Translations under genes and position numbers: made by a program
DNA from: an uncultured delta proteobacterium
Lineage (GTDB): Bacteria > Desulfobacterota > WTBG01
Direction of reading: 5' to 3'
DNA: 64,000 nucleotides
NCBI GenBank assembly: GCA_963793865.1
Contig: CAWCBP010000001.1
Coordinates: 1,088,001 to 1,152,000 of the forward strand
The notes under the pieces: model-generated
Databases searched by the model: none
What the model saw: the letters and a program-made list of their open reading frames with translations, nothing else
Told to the model about the DNA's origin: nothing
Part shown: positions 30,451-40,889 of the stretch, piece after piece
Position numbering within the stretch: the first letter of the stretch is position 1
How the letters are laid out: each line of letters opens with the position of its first letter

Positions 30451-31107
30451 CTATGTTTCAACAAAGGTAAGACCCTCACGGATGGCGATTTTGGTGAGCT
30501 CCGCCACGCTTTTTACCCGCAGCTTGTGCATGATGTGGCTGCGGTGCGCGGCGACGGTTTTTTCGCTCAGGCTGAGAGCAAGGGCTATGTGCCGGGTGCT
30601 TTTCCCTTCGGAAATGAGCTGCAGCACCTCGCGCTCGCGCCTGCTGAGCATGCGGGCGGGCCTGGCGGCGGCATCCGGTTCCGCGCGCTCAGCGCAACAC
30701 TCCTGCTGCGGCGCAGCCAGGGCCGGGCTCAGATAGGTTTGATTGCGGCTCACGGCATGCAGCGCGTTTTTCAGCTCTTCAAATGCGTCATCCTTGAGCA
30801 GATAGCCCGACGCTCCTGCCTCAAGCATCTCCCTGACAAACCTCCTGTCGGAGTGCATGGACAGGGCTACGACCTTTACCTGGGGCATGTCGGCAAGAAT
30901 CCTGCGCGTGACTTCGATACCGCTCAGGTCGGGCATGGTAATATCCATGAGCACCACATCCGGTCTGCGCTCGAGGGCCATGCGAACCGCCGTTTCTCCC
31001 CCGTCCGCTTCGCCGATCACCTCGATGTCCGGCTCATTTTCAAGCAGGGCGTGAATGCCCTCCCTCATAATTTTGTGGTCATCAGCCAGCATCACCCTCA
31101 TGCTCAT
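30451..31107 (-). CDS. NarL/LuxR family response regulator (copy 2)
   Basis: LADDH, MDITMP, LSRREREVLQLISEGKS HTH. Confidence 0.95.
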   Translation of the reverse strand: MSMRVMLADDHKIMREGIHALLENEPDIEVIGEADGGETAVRMALERRPDVVLMDITMPDLSGIEVTRRILADMPQVKVVALSMHSDRRFVREMLEAGASGYLLKDDAFEELKNALHAVSRNQTYLSPALAAPQQECCAERAEPDAAARPARMLSRREREVLQLISEGKSTRHIALALSLSEKTVAAHRSHIMHKLRVKSVAELTKIAIREGLTFVET

Positions 31108-31138
31108 GGGACAGCCCCTTTTACATGGCCCTTCATTT

Positions 31139-31789
31139 TCATTCCACGGATGTCAGGCCTTCCCGGATGGCATACTTGGTAAGCTCGGCGATGCTGTTGA
31201 GGCCGAGTTTATCCATGATCTGCTTCCGGTGGGTTTCAACCGTCTTAACGCTCACATATAATTTTGCGGCAACATCCCTGGTGGACTTTCCTTCGGCAAT
31301 CAGTTGCAGCACTTCGCGCTCCCTGGCGCTCAGCGCCGTGGAGACAATGGAATCCTTAGGCACATGTTCATTGACGTAATCCTTGACCACCGTATCCGTT
31401 ATCTGCGGGCTCAGGTAGGTCTTGTTTTTTAAAACCGTGGCTATGGCCATGCCCAGCTCTTCAAACGCGGCATCCTTGAGCAGATAGCCGGAGGCGCCGG
31501 CGGCGAGCATTTCTTTCACGTATTTTTTATCGGAATGCATGGAGAGCGCAATCACCTTAATATCAGGCGCCTGCCTGGTAATCTGCCGCGCGGCATCAAT
31601 GCCGTTCAGGTCCGGCATGGATATGTCTATGACAACCACATCGGGGTGAAGCTGGGCGCACAGTTCAATCACTCCCCTTCCGCTGTCCGCTTCCGCAATC
31701 ACCTCAATTTCCTTCTGTTTTGCCAGCAGGGCCCGCAAACCCTCACGCATGATTTTGTGGTCATCAGCCAGAATAAGCCGCACGCTCAT
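31139..31789 (-). CDS. NarL/LuxR family response regulator (copy 1)
   Basis: LADDH, IDISMP, LSAREREVLQLIAEGKS; start MSVRL with GGAGG. Confidence 0.95.
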   Translation of the reverse strand: MSVRLILADDHKIMREGLRALLAKQKEIEVIAEADSGRGVIELCAQLHPDVVVIDISMPDLNGIDAARQITRQAPDIKVIALSMHSDKKYVKEMLAAGASGYLLKDAAFEELGMAIATVLKNKTYLSPQITDTVVKDYVNEHVPKDSIVSTALSAREREVLQLIAEGKSTRDVAAKLYVSVKTVETHRKQIMDKLGLNSIAELTKYAIREGLTSVE

Positions 31790-31802
31790 AGCGCACCTCC
31801 TT

Positions 31803-34781
31803 TTAAGCTCCGTGCTGCACCAGCGGCAGATCCAGGGAGATCCTCGTTCCATGGCGCAGCCTCGAGTCCACCGTGAGCGCCCCCCCCAGGTGCTGAAAAC
31901 GCTCCTTGATGCTGAAAATCCCGTACCCGCCGCCGCTGCCTACCTGGAATCCATCAGGACTGATCAAAAATCCCTGGCCGTCGTCTTCGACACATACATG
32001 TACCTTCCGGGCGTTTCTGTCAAGGGAAACTGTTGCCGTTTTCGCATGAGCGTGCTTGACCACATTGATCAGCAGCTCGCGAATGCTCTGATAGAGAAGG
32101 ACGCGCACGTCATCATCATAGCCGCCTTGACTGCCGCTGTATTCCAGATGCACCCTGATGCCATGCTGTTTTTGGATATCCTCAAGCAGCCACTCCAGCG
32201 CCTTCTCCAGCCCGAACTCGTACAGGAAGGGCGGGGACAGGTCAAAAATGAGCGAGCGCGTGTCCTTTATGCATTGCTCCAGAAGTGAGCGGATGGCCGC
32301 CACATCTTTCGCCTTTTCCACGGATTGCACTGCCGCCCCCAGCGAGCCCAGCTTGATTTTAGCAAGCGCAAGGGATTGCGCAATGCGATCATGAATTTCC
32401 GTGGCAATACGCCTTCGCTCCTGCTCCTCGGTAAGGGTCAATTGTGAGGCCAGGCAGCGCAGCTGATTCTGGTATTCAAACAGTTTTTGTTCAGCAGCCT
32501 TGCGATCGGTAATGTCCCGCACGCATGCCACCATTCCGGTTGTATTGCCTGAATAATCCTGTAAGGTGCTTACGCTCATTCCCAGATCTACTAACCGGTC
32601 GTTCTTTCCCTTCCATTTACTTTCATAATAATACACGGAATCCATCGCCGTTGATGACGTATCCACAAAATCATCCCGCATTTCCCCGTCAGGCACCACC
32701 ATAAAATCATGCGTGTTTTTCCCCAGCAGCTCTTCTTTTGAATATCCTAATATCCGTTCCACCGCCTCGTTAACCAGGGTTATGGTGCCTACGGTATCAG
32801 TGACCACGATGCCATCCGCGGATGTTCTGATAATATCCCCCAGGAAATTTTTTGTATCAATAATTGTTTTTTCAGCTTTTTTCCTTTCACTGATGTCCCG
32901 GTTAATGGATATGACCGCCTGCCGATTCCCCTGCTTGTCATATGAATAGAACATGGTCTGCTCCACGGGAATAATCTTTCCGTTTTTGTTGAAGCAGTAG
33001 GAATCCCAGGCTGAGATGTGTCCGCTTTCAATCAGTGTAAACATCTGTTCATATGCCCGGTCGTAAAAGCTTTCTTCCACCCGGTAGGTAATGCCGTCAG
33101 TTGAATCATAGAGTCCCGCCTGCGGAGGCACAAGCTCCGCCAGGTGCTTGCCGAGGAGTTCCTCACTCGTAAAGCCAACAAGCTGTGCAAATGCACTGTT
33201 AACCCTGGTAATATTTCCCAGTTTGTCACCGATTATTATGGGATCAAGAGAGCTTTCTATAATATTTTCCAGGAAATCCCTGGTTGCGGTCAATTCCTGC
33301 TCCGCCTTTTTTCTATCGGTTATATCCCTTATGATACCAACCGCGGTATCAACACCCTGTTCATTGAAAAGGTAGGTAATATTGGTTTCAACCGGCACCG
33401 CCGTACCGTCTTTACGCACAAGATAGCTCTCCCAGTTGGCTATTTTTTTCTGATCCATCAACTGCTCAGCCATGCGTAGCGTATAATCCATATATTCCTG
33501 GCTCATCTTCATATGCTCGCCGGTGGTGAGATCATATGTCTCTCCCATGACGGCGGAAAAGTCGGCAATGCGTTTGCCAAGCACTTCTTCCTCGGTATAG
33601 CCGGTTAAGGTAAGAAACGACTTGTTAACCCTTTTAAAAAATCCCCGGGGATCGGCCATAACAATAGCATCAATTGAATTATCAATAATCTTATCGAGAA
33701 AGCTCTTTGTGGCATTTATCCTGTCTTCGATCAGCTTGCGTTCCGTTATGTCGGAGATAAGCACATAACCGGTCTGCTTCCTTGTATCACTGTAACTGAA
33801 TGAAAAGCGGAGGTTTAAACAACAGGGCGTGCCATCTTTGCGGTTTATCCAGATATCAACCTGTTCCGGATATAAGCCCGTTTCATGGATTGATTTCAGG
33901 ATCTGATCCCGTTGATCCCCGCTTTGTGCGGCAGTCAGGTCGGGCCCCCAGATTGAGATCATCTCTTCTCTGGTATAACCGCATAATTGGCATGCATAGT
34001 TATTGGCATAGATGATTTTACCTTCCTCCATAATGACGATACCGCTGGTTATATTCTCAGCCATGGTTCTAAAACGGCTCTCACTTGCTGCCAGTGCCTG
34101 CTCTGTTTTTCTCTGCGCGGTGATGTCGCGGGCTACGGAAACGATTGATACCACTGCATCATTTTTATAGATAGGGGTGCTTCTTATTTCCGCAACTCTG
34201 ATCCTGCCGTCTCTGGTGACAAGCTCATATTCCGCCGTGGGAACCGCCTCTCCTTTGAAAATGCCAATGGTATTGGAGATTGCCCTGTTAAGAGATTCCT
34301 CCGTCAATAGTCCCAGTTCTGTAAAGGGCCTGCCTGTTAACTCTTCCGGTACATAGCCCAGATGATTCTTTACTGATGATGATACATATTCAATTCTGAA
34401 ATCCCGGTCCACGGAATAAATGACGTCTGCGGCCTGCTCAAGAATCAAACGGTAGTCTTCGATTTGCTCCATCGATGCCGCAGCACCGCGTTGCGGCGAA
34501 CCGGTCTGCTCCAGGAGTCGTTTCTCATACTCATGAGTAGCGGCAAAGGAGATGAAGGATGCGAGCAGGGATGCTTCCTGCTTCCCGCTGACCCAGCCCA
34601 TGACGGACCCATTACATTCCACCGGATATGTCTCAGGCTGGTCGTCTGTTTCCCTGCCCAGAAGCAGGGTGAAGTTTTCATCCTTGACCGCGAAGGGGCT
34701 ATCACTCGCAGCAGCAAAACGTGATATGATGGAAGCGACATCCTGCTGCGCCAAAACATGCTCAAGCTCGACCGTCTTCAT
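31803..34781 (-). CDS. Cytoplasmic multi-PAS sensor histidine kinase (HisKA_3 type)
   Basis: Five PAS/PAC repeats ending RDIT/SDIT/RDIS; ERRRIATEIHD; ELLINVVKHA; DDGQGF; start uncertain (34781-34877). Confidence 0.93.
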   Translation of the reverse strand: MKTVELEHVLAQQDVASIISRFAAASDSPFAVKDENFTLLLGRETDDQPETYPVECNGSVMGWVSGKQEASLLASFISFAATHEYEKRLLEQTGSPQRGAAASMEQIEDYRLILEQAADVIYSVDRDFRIEYVSSSVKNHLGYVPEELTGRPFTELGLLTEESLNRAISNTIGIFKGEAVPTAEYELVTRDGRIRVAEIRSTPIYKNDAVVSIVSVARDITAQRKTEQALAASESRFRTMAENITSGIVIMEEGKIIYANNYACQLCGYTREEMISIWGPDLTAAQSGDQRDQILKSIHETGLYPEQVDIWINRKDGTPCCLNLRFSFSYSDTRKQTGYVLISDITERKLIEDRINATKSFLDKIIDNSIDAIVMADPRGFFKRVNKSFLTLTGYTEEEVLGKRIADFSAVMGETYDLTTGEHMKMSQEYMDYTLRMAEQLMDQKKIANWESYLVRKDGTAVPVETNITYLFNEQGVDTAVGIIRDITDRKKAEQELTATRDFLENIIESSLDPIIIGDKLGNITRVNSAFAQLVGFTSEELLGKHLAELVPPQAGLYDSTDGITYRVEESFYDRAYEQMFTLIESGHISAWDSYCFNKNGKIIPVEQTMFYSYDKQGNRQAVISINRDISERKKAEKTIIDTKNFLGDIIRTSADGIVVTDTVGTITLVNEAVERILGYSKEELLGKNTHDFMVVPDGEMRDDFVDTSSTAMDSVYYYESKWKGKNDRLVDLGMSVSTLQDYSGNTTGMVACVRDITDRKAAEQKLFEYQNQLRCLASQLTLTEEQERRRIATEIHDRIAQSLALAKIKLGSLGAAVQSVEKAKDVAAIRSLLEQCIKDTRSLIFDLSPPFLYEFGLEKALEWLLEDIQKQHGIRVHLEYSGSQGGYDDDVRVLLYQSIRELLINVVKHAHAKTATVSLDRNARKVHVCVEDDGQGFLISPDGFQVGSGGGYGIFSIKERFQHLGGALTVDSRLRHGTRISLDLPLVQHGA

Positions 34782-35059
34782 GGCAGCACCCGTTAACATA
34801 AAAATCCTGTTTAATGAGAATCTGCGGTTAATCGTGTACGCTGTGTACAATTTTAAAACTTCATCCATTTTATACAATCAGGAAATCCCTGATTTATGAC
34901 TTCGAAAAACCTTATTTTTCATCCCATGCGACAACTAAATCCCAAGCTATTGATTATGTTGATTTTTGTGGCGGGTATGCGATGGGCGGATGGATGGTAA
35001 CGGTAATGATCCGACAAAAAAAGGCGGAAACAGTGAGGAAATGTGCAGAAGATGGTTTC

Positions 35060-35178
35060 TAACCGGCTATCGAAAAAGTAGTGGCGTAGGCTGATAAAGC
35101 TTGCTTAATAGTATGTGGCTCAAAGGGGGAGGGGCTTTTTAGCCACGAATCAGGTGGGTGTTTTTCAACAGCCTGCTA
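35060..35178. mobile_element. MITE-like element, copy 1 (supplies the ybeY stop codon)
   Basis: Imperfect terminal inverted repeats TAACCGGCTATCGAAAAA / TTTTTCAACAGCCTGCTA (14/18); core shared with 42415-42504. Confidence 0.65.
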
Positions 35179-35622
35179 ACAGAGGTTATACTGCTTGCAA
35201 AGGAGGAACAGCTCTTTTTCCCTAGAGGCCATTTCCCTGGCTTTGCGGAGCGGGCCTTCGTGATCGTATCCCAGCAGATGGAGCATGCCGTGTATGAGCA
35301 GGAAGGCAAATTCTTCCCGTAAGGGCTTTCCTGAGCGGCGGGCCTGACGCCGGGCGGTCTCGAGCGATATGACCACATCGCCCAAAAGGGTGCTGTCTGC
35401 GTGAGCACTTACGCCGTCGTTCTGGGGGAAGGAGATGACATCCGTGGGCCGGTTTCTGTTGAGATAGGTCTTGTTGAGCGCTTTGATCTTCTCATCATCC
35501 AGCAAAAGGATGCTCAGCTCAGCTTTTTGACAGCCCGAGTCTTTTAAGATCGCGCTCCCCAGCGCCCTTATCCACTTTTGGCTTATCCTTATCCGCTTCT
35601 GACTGTTTTTTATCCTTACCAT
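35176..35622 (-). CDS. ybeY: rRNA maturation RNase YbeY
   Basis: PTDVISF, LGDVVIS, HGMLHLLGYDH. Confidence 0.95.
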   Translation of the reverse strand: MVRIKNSQKRIRISQKWIRALGSAILKDSGCQKAELSILLLDDEKIKALNKTYLNRNRPTDVISFPQNDGVSAHADSTLLGDVVISLETARRQARRSGKPLREEFAFLLIHGMLHLLGYDHEGPLRKAREMASREKELFLLCKQYNLC

Positions 35623-37900
35623 TTGTTTTTCTTTTTGAGCCGCCATCGTCGGGCAGGGAAACGGGATATTCAACGCGCTGATGGAAGACGCCCCCCGCAA
35701 GCACCCGGTTGAAGCAATTGGCAATGGCGTGAAGGTTCTTGAGCGTCAGCTCACACTCATCAAGCTGTCCGTCAATAAAAATGCCGTTGATAATTTTCTG
35801 GACCATGCCCTGTATGCGGGGAAGCGTGGTTTCCGCGAGTGTTTTGGAGGCAGCCTCCACCGCGTCTGCCAGCATAACCAGCGCCGCTTCCTTGGTTTGC
35901 GGTTTGGGTCCGGGATAGCGGAAATCCTCGTCGCTGATGGACTCATAGCCCGGTTCCTGCTTGCTCCGCGCCTTGTGATAAAAAAAGCTGATCACGCTGT
36001 TGCCGTGGTGCTGCCTGATGATGTCGCGAATGGCGCCTCCCAGCCGGTACTCCCTGGCCAGCTCGACGCCATCCTTGACATGGGAAAGAATAATCAGGCT
36101 GCTCATGCTGGGGGAAAGCTTCTCGTGCTTGTTCTCTCCATGCAGCTGGTTTTCCGCGAAATAGCTCGCCATCCTTATTTTCCCGATATCATGATAATAG
36201 GCGCTCACCCGCACCAGCAGCGAATTGGCCCCGACCGTATCGGCCGCGGCATCGGCCAGGTTTCCCACCATGATGCTGTGCTGGTAGGTGCCGGGGGCTT
36301 TCATGCTCAGCTCCTTGAGCAGCGGCTGGTTGAGGTCGGCCAGTTCGAGCAGCTTGATGTTGGTTGTGTAGTCAAAGGCGATTTCCAGCAGGGGGACCAG
36401 GCCGGTGGCGATAACCCCGGTAAGCACCCCTCCCAGAAAGCCGCAGCTCACATCAAAAAGCACCTCCGGTTGCAGAAAGCTCTTTCTCACGATGGCAAAG
36501 CACAAAATGAGCAGTATGTTGACCACGCCGGCAATAAACCCCGCGCGGATGAGGGTTGTCCGCTCCTTGCACAGCACCACCTGCTGGGCCGCGACAATGC
36601 TGCCCATGAACGGGTAAATGAAAAACTTGAGCTGGGCGTCAAGCATGATTCCGGTTACAATGGCCAGCACCACGGAAAACATGGCGGCCAGCTCTCCGTT
36701 AAGCAGAACGGCAATGAGCATGGCCCCCAGCGCGAAGGGCGGCGCGTACAGAAGTGAATGCGCCGGCAGGAAGGGAAATGCCTTGCTGAAGGCAGCCGAT
36801 AAGAAAACGGCGAACTTGATGAATAAAACCATGCCGATCAGCACCGTGCTTAAGAGCAGATAGTCTTTGCCCCTCAGGTTGTAGCGCCTGATGCTGATGG
36901 GGGAAAAGGCATAAAAGAGAGATATAACGATGAGCACCAGGAAAAAGACACCCAGGGTGAAAACGAGCGGGCTGCCCTCTTTTTTTAATTTAGCAAGCGC
37001 CTGCAGCTTGAGCAGCGATTCTTCCGTCACCCGGTCACCCTCGCGGATGATCATCTCCCCTTTTTTAAGCCTGAAATAAACGGGATTGGTCTGCGAGCGC
37101 GCCAGCAGCTTCCGGCTTTCCGTCTCATTCATGTTGAAGGTGAGCGTGGGGCGTATCATCCCGACGGCAATCTCCACAACGGCAGACGCAACCGCTTTCG
37201 GCATGGCGTCACGTTTTTGTCCGGCAGCTTGCAGCAGTTCCTGCCTGACCTCTTCAACATCACGCAGGGAGGAAACATCGGCCACGAATATCTCCTCCTG
37301 GGTCCGCACGTTGCGTATGATCATGCCCCGCGCGCGATTTGATTTGAGCAGGGCCTTGTTGCCCACGATTCTTTCGCTGAGCGGATTTCGTATCAGGGCG
37401 AGAATATGGTCAATAATTTCAACGGCAAACTCACTCTTCACCAGGGCGGCGTAATTCGCATTCCCGACGGACACGCCGCCGAGGTACTCTATAAACCGCT
37501 CCCGCTGTTCCTCGCCGGCTGCCTTTGCCGAAGTATCAACGGAGATGGTCCGCCACTGGGAAAAAGTCGTCGTCAGTCTCTGCGCCGTTTCTTCAGCGGC
37601 ATTGGCGTCATAATCAAAGACCGGGGGGCTTTTTTCCTCATTTTCCATCATCTTGTTGGCGGTGGACACCGTGTCCTCAACCAGCACATCCTCAGTTGCC
37701 CGTATGTTCTGGTCGGCAATATCCCCGATCTGGTAGGCAGGTATGGTTGAGGGCATGCTGGGCGCAATCAGATAGGCGATGATCAGGCAGGTCGCCACCA
37801 GCAGAAGACCCTTGTAAAAAGCCGGCCCGCTGATCACGGGCGCCTGCCGGTCATTCTGCTGAAACACCGCCTTGATTTTTTTTCTGCCCAAATTTATCAT
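35519..37900 (-). CDS. 7TM-HD phosphohydrolase (PgpH-like cyclic-di-AMP phosphodiesterase family)
   Basis: Extracellular domain, 7TM region, APGTYQHS, YYHDIGK, QHHG, YPGPKPQ, LADAVEAA. Confidence 0.92.
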   Translation of the reverse strand: MINLGRKKIKAVFQQNDRQAPVISGPAFYKGLLLVATCLIIAYLIAPSMPSTIPAYQIGDIADQNIRATEDVLVEDTVSTANKMMENEEKSPPVFDYDANAAEETAQRLTTTFSQWRTISVDTSAKAAGEEQRERFIEYLGGVSVGNANYAALVKSEFAVEIIDHILALIRNPLSERIVGNKALLKSNRARGMIIRNVRTQEEIFVADVSSLRDVEEVRQELLQAAGQKRDAMPKAVASAVVEIAVGMIRPTLTFNMNETESRKLLARSQTNPVYFRLKKGEMIIREGDRVTEESLLKLQALAKLKKEGSPLVFTLGVFFLVLIVISLFYAFSPISIRRYNLRGKDYLLLSTVLIGMVLFIKFAVFLSAAFSKAFPFLPAHSLLYAPPFALGAMLIAVLLNGELAAMFSVVLAIVTGIMLDAQLKFFIYPFMGSIVAAQQVVLCKERTTLIRAGFIAGVVNILLILCFAIVRKSFLQPEVLFDVSCGFLGGVLTGVIATGLVPLLEIAFDYTTNIKLLELADLNQPLLKELSMKAPGTYQHSIMVGNLADAAADTVGANSLLVRVSAYYHDIGKIRMASYFAENQLHGENKHEKLSPSMSSLIILSHVKDGVELAREYRLGGAIRDIIRQHHGNSVISFFYHKARSKQEPGYESISDEDFRYPGPKPQTKEAALVMLADAVEAASKTLAETTLPRIQGMVQKIINGIFIDGQLDECELTLKNLHAIANCFNRVLAGGVFHQRVEYPVSLPDDGGSKRKTNGKDKKQSEADKDKPKVDKGAGERDLKRLGLSKS

Positions 37901-37948
37901 ACCTCTGTCCCACCGCCGCTCATGAACCCGCTCCCCGCAACCCTCCGG

Positions 37949-38923
<975 letters not shown>

Positions 38924-38957
38924 CAGGGTCCTCCGTCTTCCGGTTTTATCCGAACCT

Positions 38958-39380
38958 CTATCTGCTGCCTGTAATCTGAACCTGTATCTCCCGTCGCCGG
39001 GGGCGGTTGTCGAAATCGAGCACGACGATCTGCTGCCAGGTCCCCAGCAGCATCCTTCCCCCCTTCACGGGTATGGTCATCGAAGGCCCCAGCAGGGCGG
39101 CCCGCACGTGAGCGTAGCCGTTGCCATCTCCCCACCGCTGATCATGACGGTACGGCATCCCCCGGGGCGCCATCCGTTCAATGGCCTGCCGCAAATCTTC
39201 AATTGCCCCTGATTCATATTCAATGGTGGTCAATGCCGCCGTCGAACCGGACACAAAAAGCAGAACGCTGCCGTCCTTCACGCCTGAGGAGGCTATCTTC
39301 GACTCCACCTCCGGCGTTATATCGATGACATCCGTTCCGCCGCCGGTGTCGCAAAAAATAGTACCATATACCGGTTTCAT
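38958..39380 (-). CDS. YjbQ/UPF0047 family protein
   Basis: GSTAALTTIEYE, DGNGYAHVRAALLG, LGTWQQI, DFDNRPR. Confidence 0.92.
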   Translation of the reverse strand: MKPVYGTIFCDTGGGTDVIDITPEVESKIASSGVKDGSVLLFVSGSTAALTTIEYESGAIEDLRQAIERMAPRGMPYRHDQRWGDGNGYAHVRAALLGPSMTIPVKGGRMLLGTWQQIVVLDFDNRPRRREIQVQITGSR

Positions 39381-39567
39381 CGTGTATGCTGGCAGGCACG
39401 TTCCATGTAAAAGTGAATAACCCCGTTGCTCAGTACAACGGGGATAGCGCACACCATCATTAGTTGGGTCATTTGTAGCACACACTGCTGTTTATTGCAA
39501 GCATTTTATGGGGCAGGCACTATCGCGCCGCCATGCCCCGGCTTCCTGCCGGAAGGAGGAAACGGAG

Positions 39568-40353
39568 TTGAACAGGAAAAGAAATCTTGAAGATTTAACC
39601 GCCCTGGTGCAAACCCTGCGCGGACCCGACGGCTGTCCCTGGGACAGGGAACAAACCCTGTCCGATCTCAGGTCGTTTCTTATGGGCGAGGCCTATGAGC
39701 TTCTGGAAGCCATGGACCGGGATCATCACCTGCACATACGGGAGGAGGCAGGTGACCTTCTGTTCATCATCATATTCATCGTTGACCTTTTCCGCGAAAA
39801 AAAGACCTTTACCATCTATGATGTCATCGGGGAGGTGATGGATAAAATGGTCCGGCGGCACCCCCACGTTTTCGGCGACGTCACCGTGGGCAGCGCCCGG
39901 GAGGTGAAGGAAAATTGGCACGCGCTTAAGGAGCGGGAGGGAAAACCGGCCCGGGGGCCATCATTGCTTGACGGGGTGGCTGAATTTCTGCCGGCTCTGG
40001 TCAGGGCGCAGCTGCTCACTGAGCGCGCGTCCCGTGTGGGTTTTGACTGGGAAGGACCGTCCCAGGTGATGCAGAAGATCGAGGAAGAGATGGGGGAGCT
40101 GAAAGAGAGCCTTGACCGCAAGGAACAGGATGCCGTAGCGGGGGAAATGGGCGATCTGCTGTTTGCGGCGGTGAACCTGGCGAGGACTCTTGGTGTCGAC
40201 GCGGAGCAGGCCCTGCGCAGAACCAACAGGAAGTTTGTTGAGCGGTTCCATTTCATCGAGGAGGCGGTGCGCGACGCCGGAGGAACTATTGAGCAGGCAA
40301 CGCTCAATGAGATGGATTCACTCTGGGAGCAGTCGAAAAAAGTCTACCCTTGA
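39568..40353 (+). CDS. mazG: Nucleoside triphosphate pyrophosphohydrolase MazG
   Basis: GCPWDREQT, EEAGDLL, RRHPHVF, GFDW; probable TTG start after AAGGAGG. Confidence 0.95.
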   Translation: MNRKRNLEDLTALVQTLRGPDGCPWDREQTLSDLRSFLMGEAYELLEAMDRDHHLHIREEAGDLLFIIIFIVDLFREKKTFTIYDVIGEVMDKMVRRHPHVFGDVTVGSAREVKENWHALKEREGKPARGPSLLDGVAEFLPALVRAQLLTERASRVGFDWEGPSQVMQKIEEEMGELKESLDRKEQDAVAGEMGDLLFAAVNLARTLGVDAEQALRRTNRKFVERFHFIEEAVRDAGGTIEQATLNEMDSLWEQSKKVYP

Positions 40354-40385
40354 GGGCGGGTATACTGCAAAAATATTATCTGATG

Positions 40386-40415
40386 CGTAGGGGCGACCGG
40401 CCGGTCGCCCCTACG
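40386..40415. repeat. GTAG-type REP palindrome
   Basis: Perfect 30-bp palindrome CGTAGGGGCGACCGGCCGGTCGCCCCTACG between convergent genes. Confidence 0.85.
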
Positions 40416-40435
40416 TGCTTCTTATTCACCCACCT

Positions 40436-40843
40436 TTATTCCCTCTCCGAAATCTCCAACAGGATACCCCCGGTTGCCTTGGGGTGGAGGAAGGCGATTC
40501 TGGCGTTGCCCGCCCCGTAGCGGGGCTGCATGTCGATGAGCTTGAAATCTTTTTCCTTCAGCTCCCGGAGGGCCTCTTCTATATTCTCGACGCGCAGGGC
40601 TATGTGCTGGATCCCCTCGCCGCGCTTTTCTATAAACTGAGCCACCGGCCCGTCAGGGGAGGTCGATTCCAGCAATTCCAGTTCGGTATCGCCCAGCGGC
40701 AGGAACGCCACCCTGACCTTCTGGTCGGCTATGGTTTCCGTCCCGGTGGCATTGATGCCCAGGATATCGCGGTAAAATGCCAGGGAGTCATCAATGCTTT
40801 TGACTGCAATGCCGATATGATCCAGCTTGGTAACTTTCATCAT
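40436..40843 (-). CDS. mce: Methylmalonyl-CoA epimerase
   Basis: DHIGIAV, ELLE, GIQHIALRV, FLHPK..GG.LLE. Confidence 0.93.
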   Translation of the reverse strand: MMKVTKLDHIGIAVKSIDDSLAFYRDILGINATGTETIADQKVRVAFLPLGDTELELLESTSPDGPVAQFIEKRGEGIQHIALRVENIEEALRELKEKDFKLIDMQPRYGAGNARIAFLHPKATGGILLEISERE

Positions 40844-40889
40844 CAGCTCCTTTCGTGAGTTGCGGGTTGATGGCGGCGGACTCCCGGTG

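Noticed and set aside
39420..39443. CCCCGTTG-CTCAGTA-CAACGGGG hairpin upstream of the YjbQ gene
   Set aside because: Isolated stem with no U-tract or second copy; no function can be assigned
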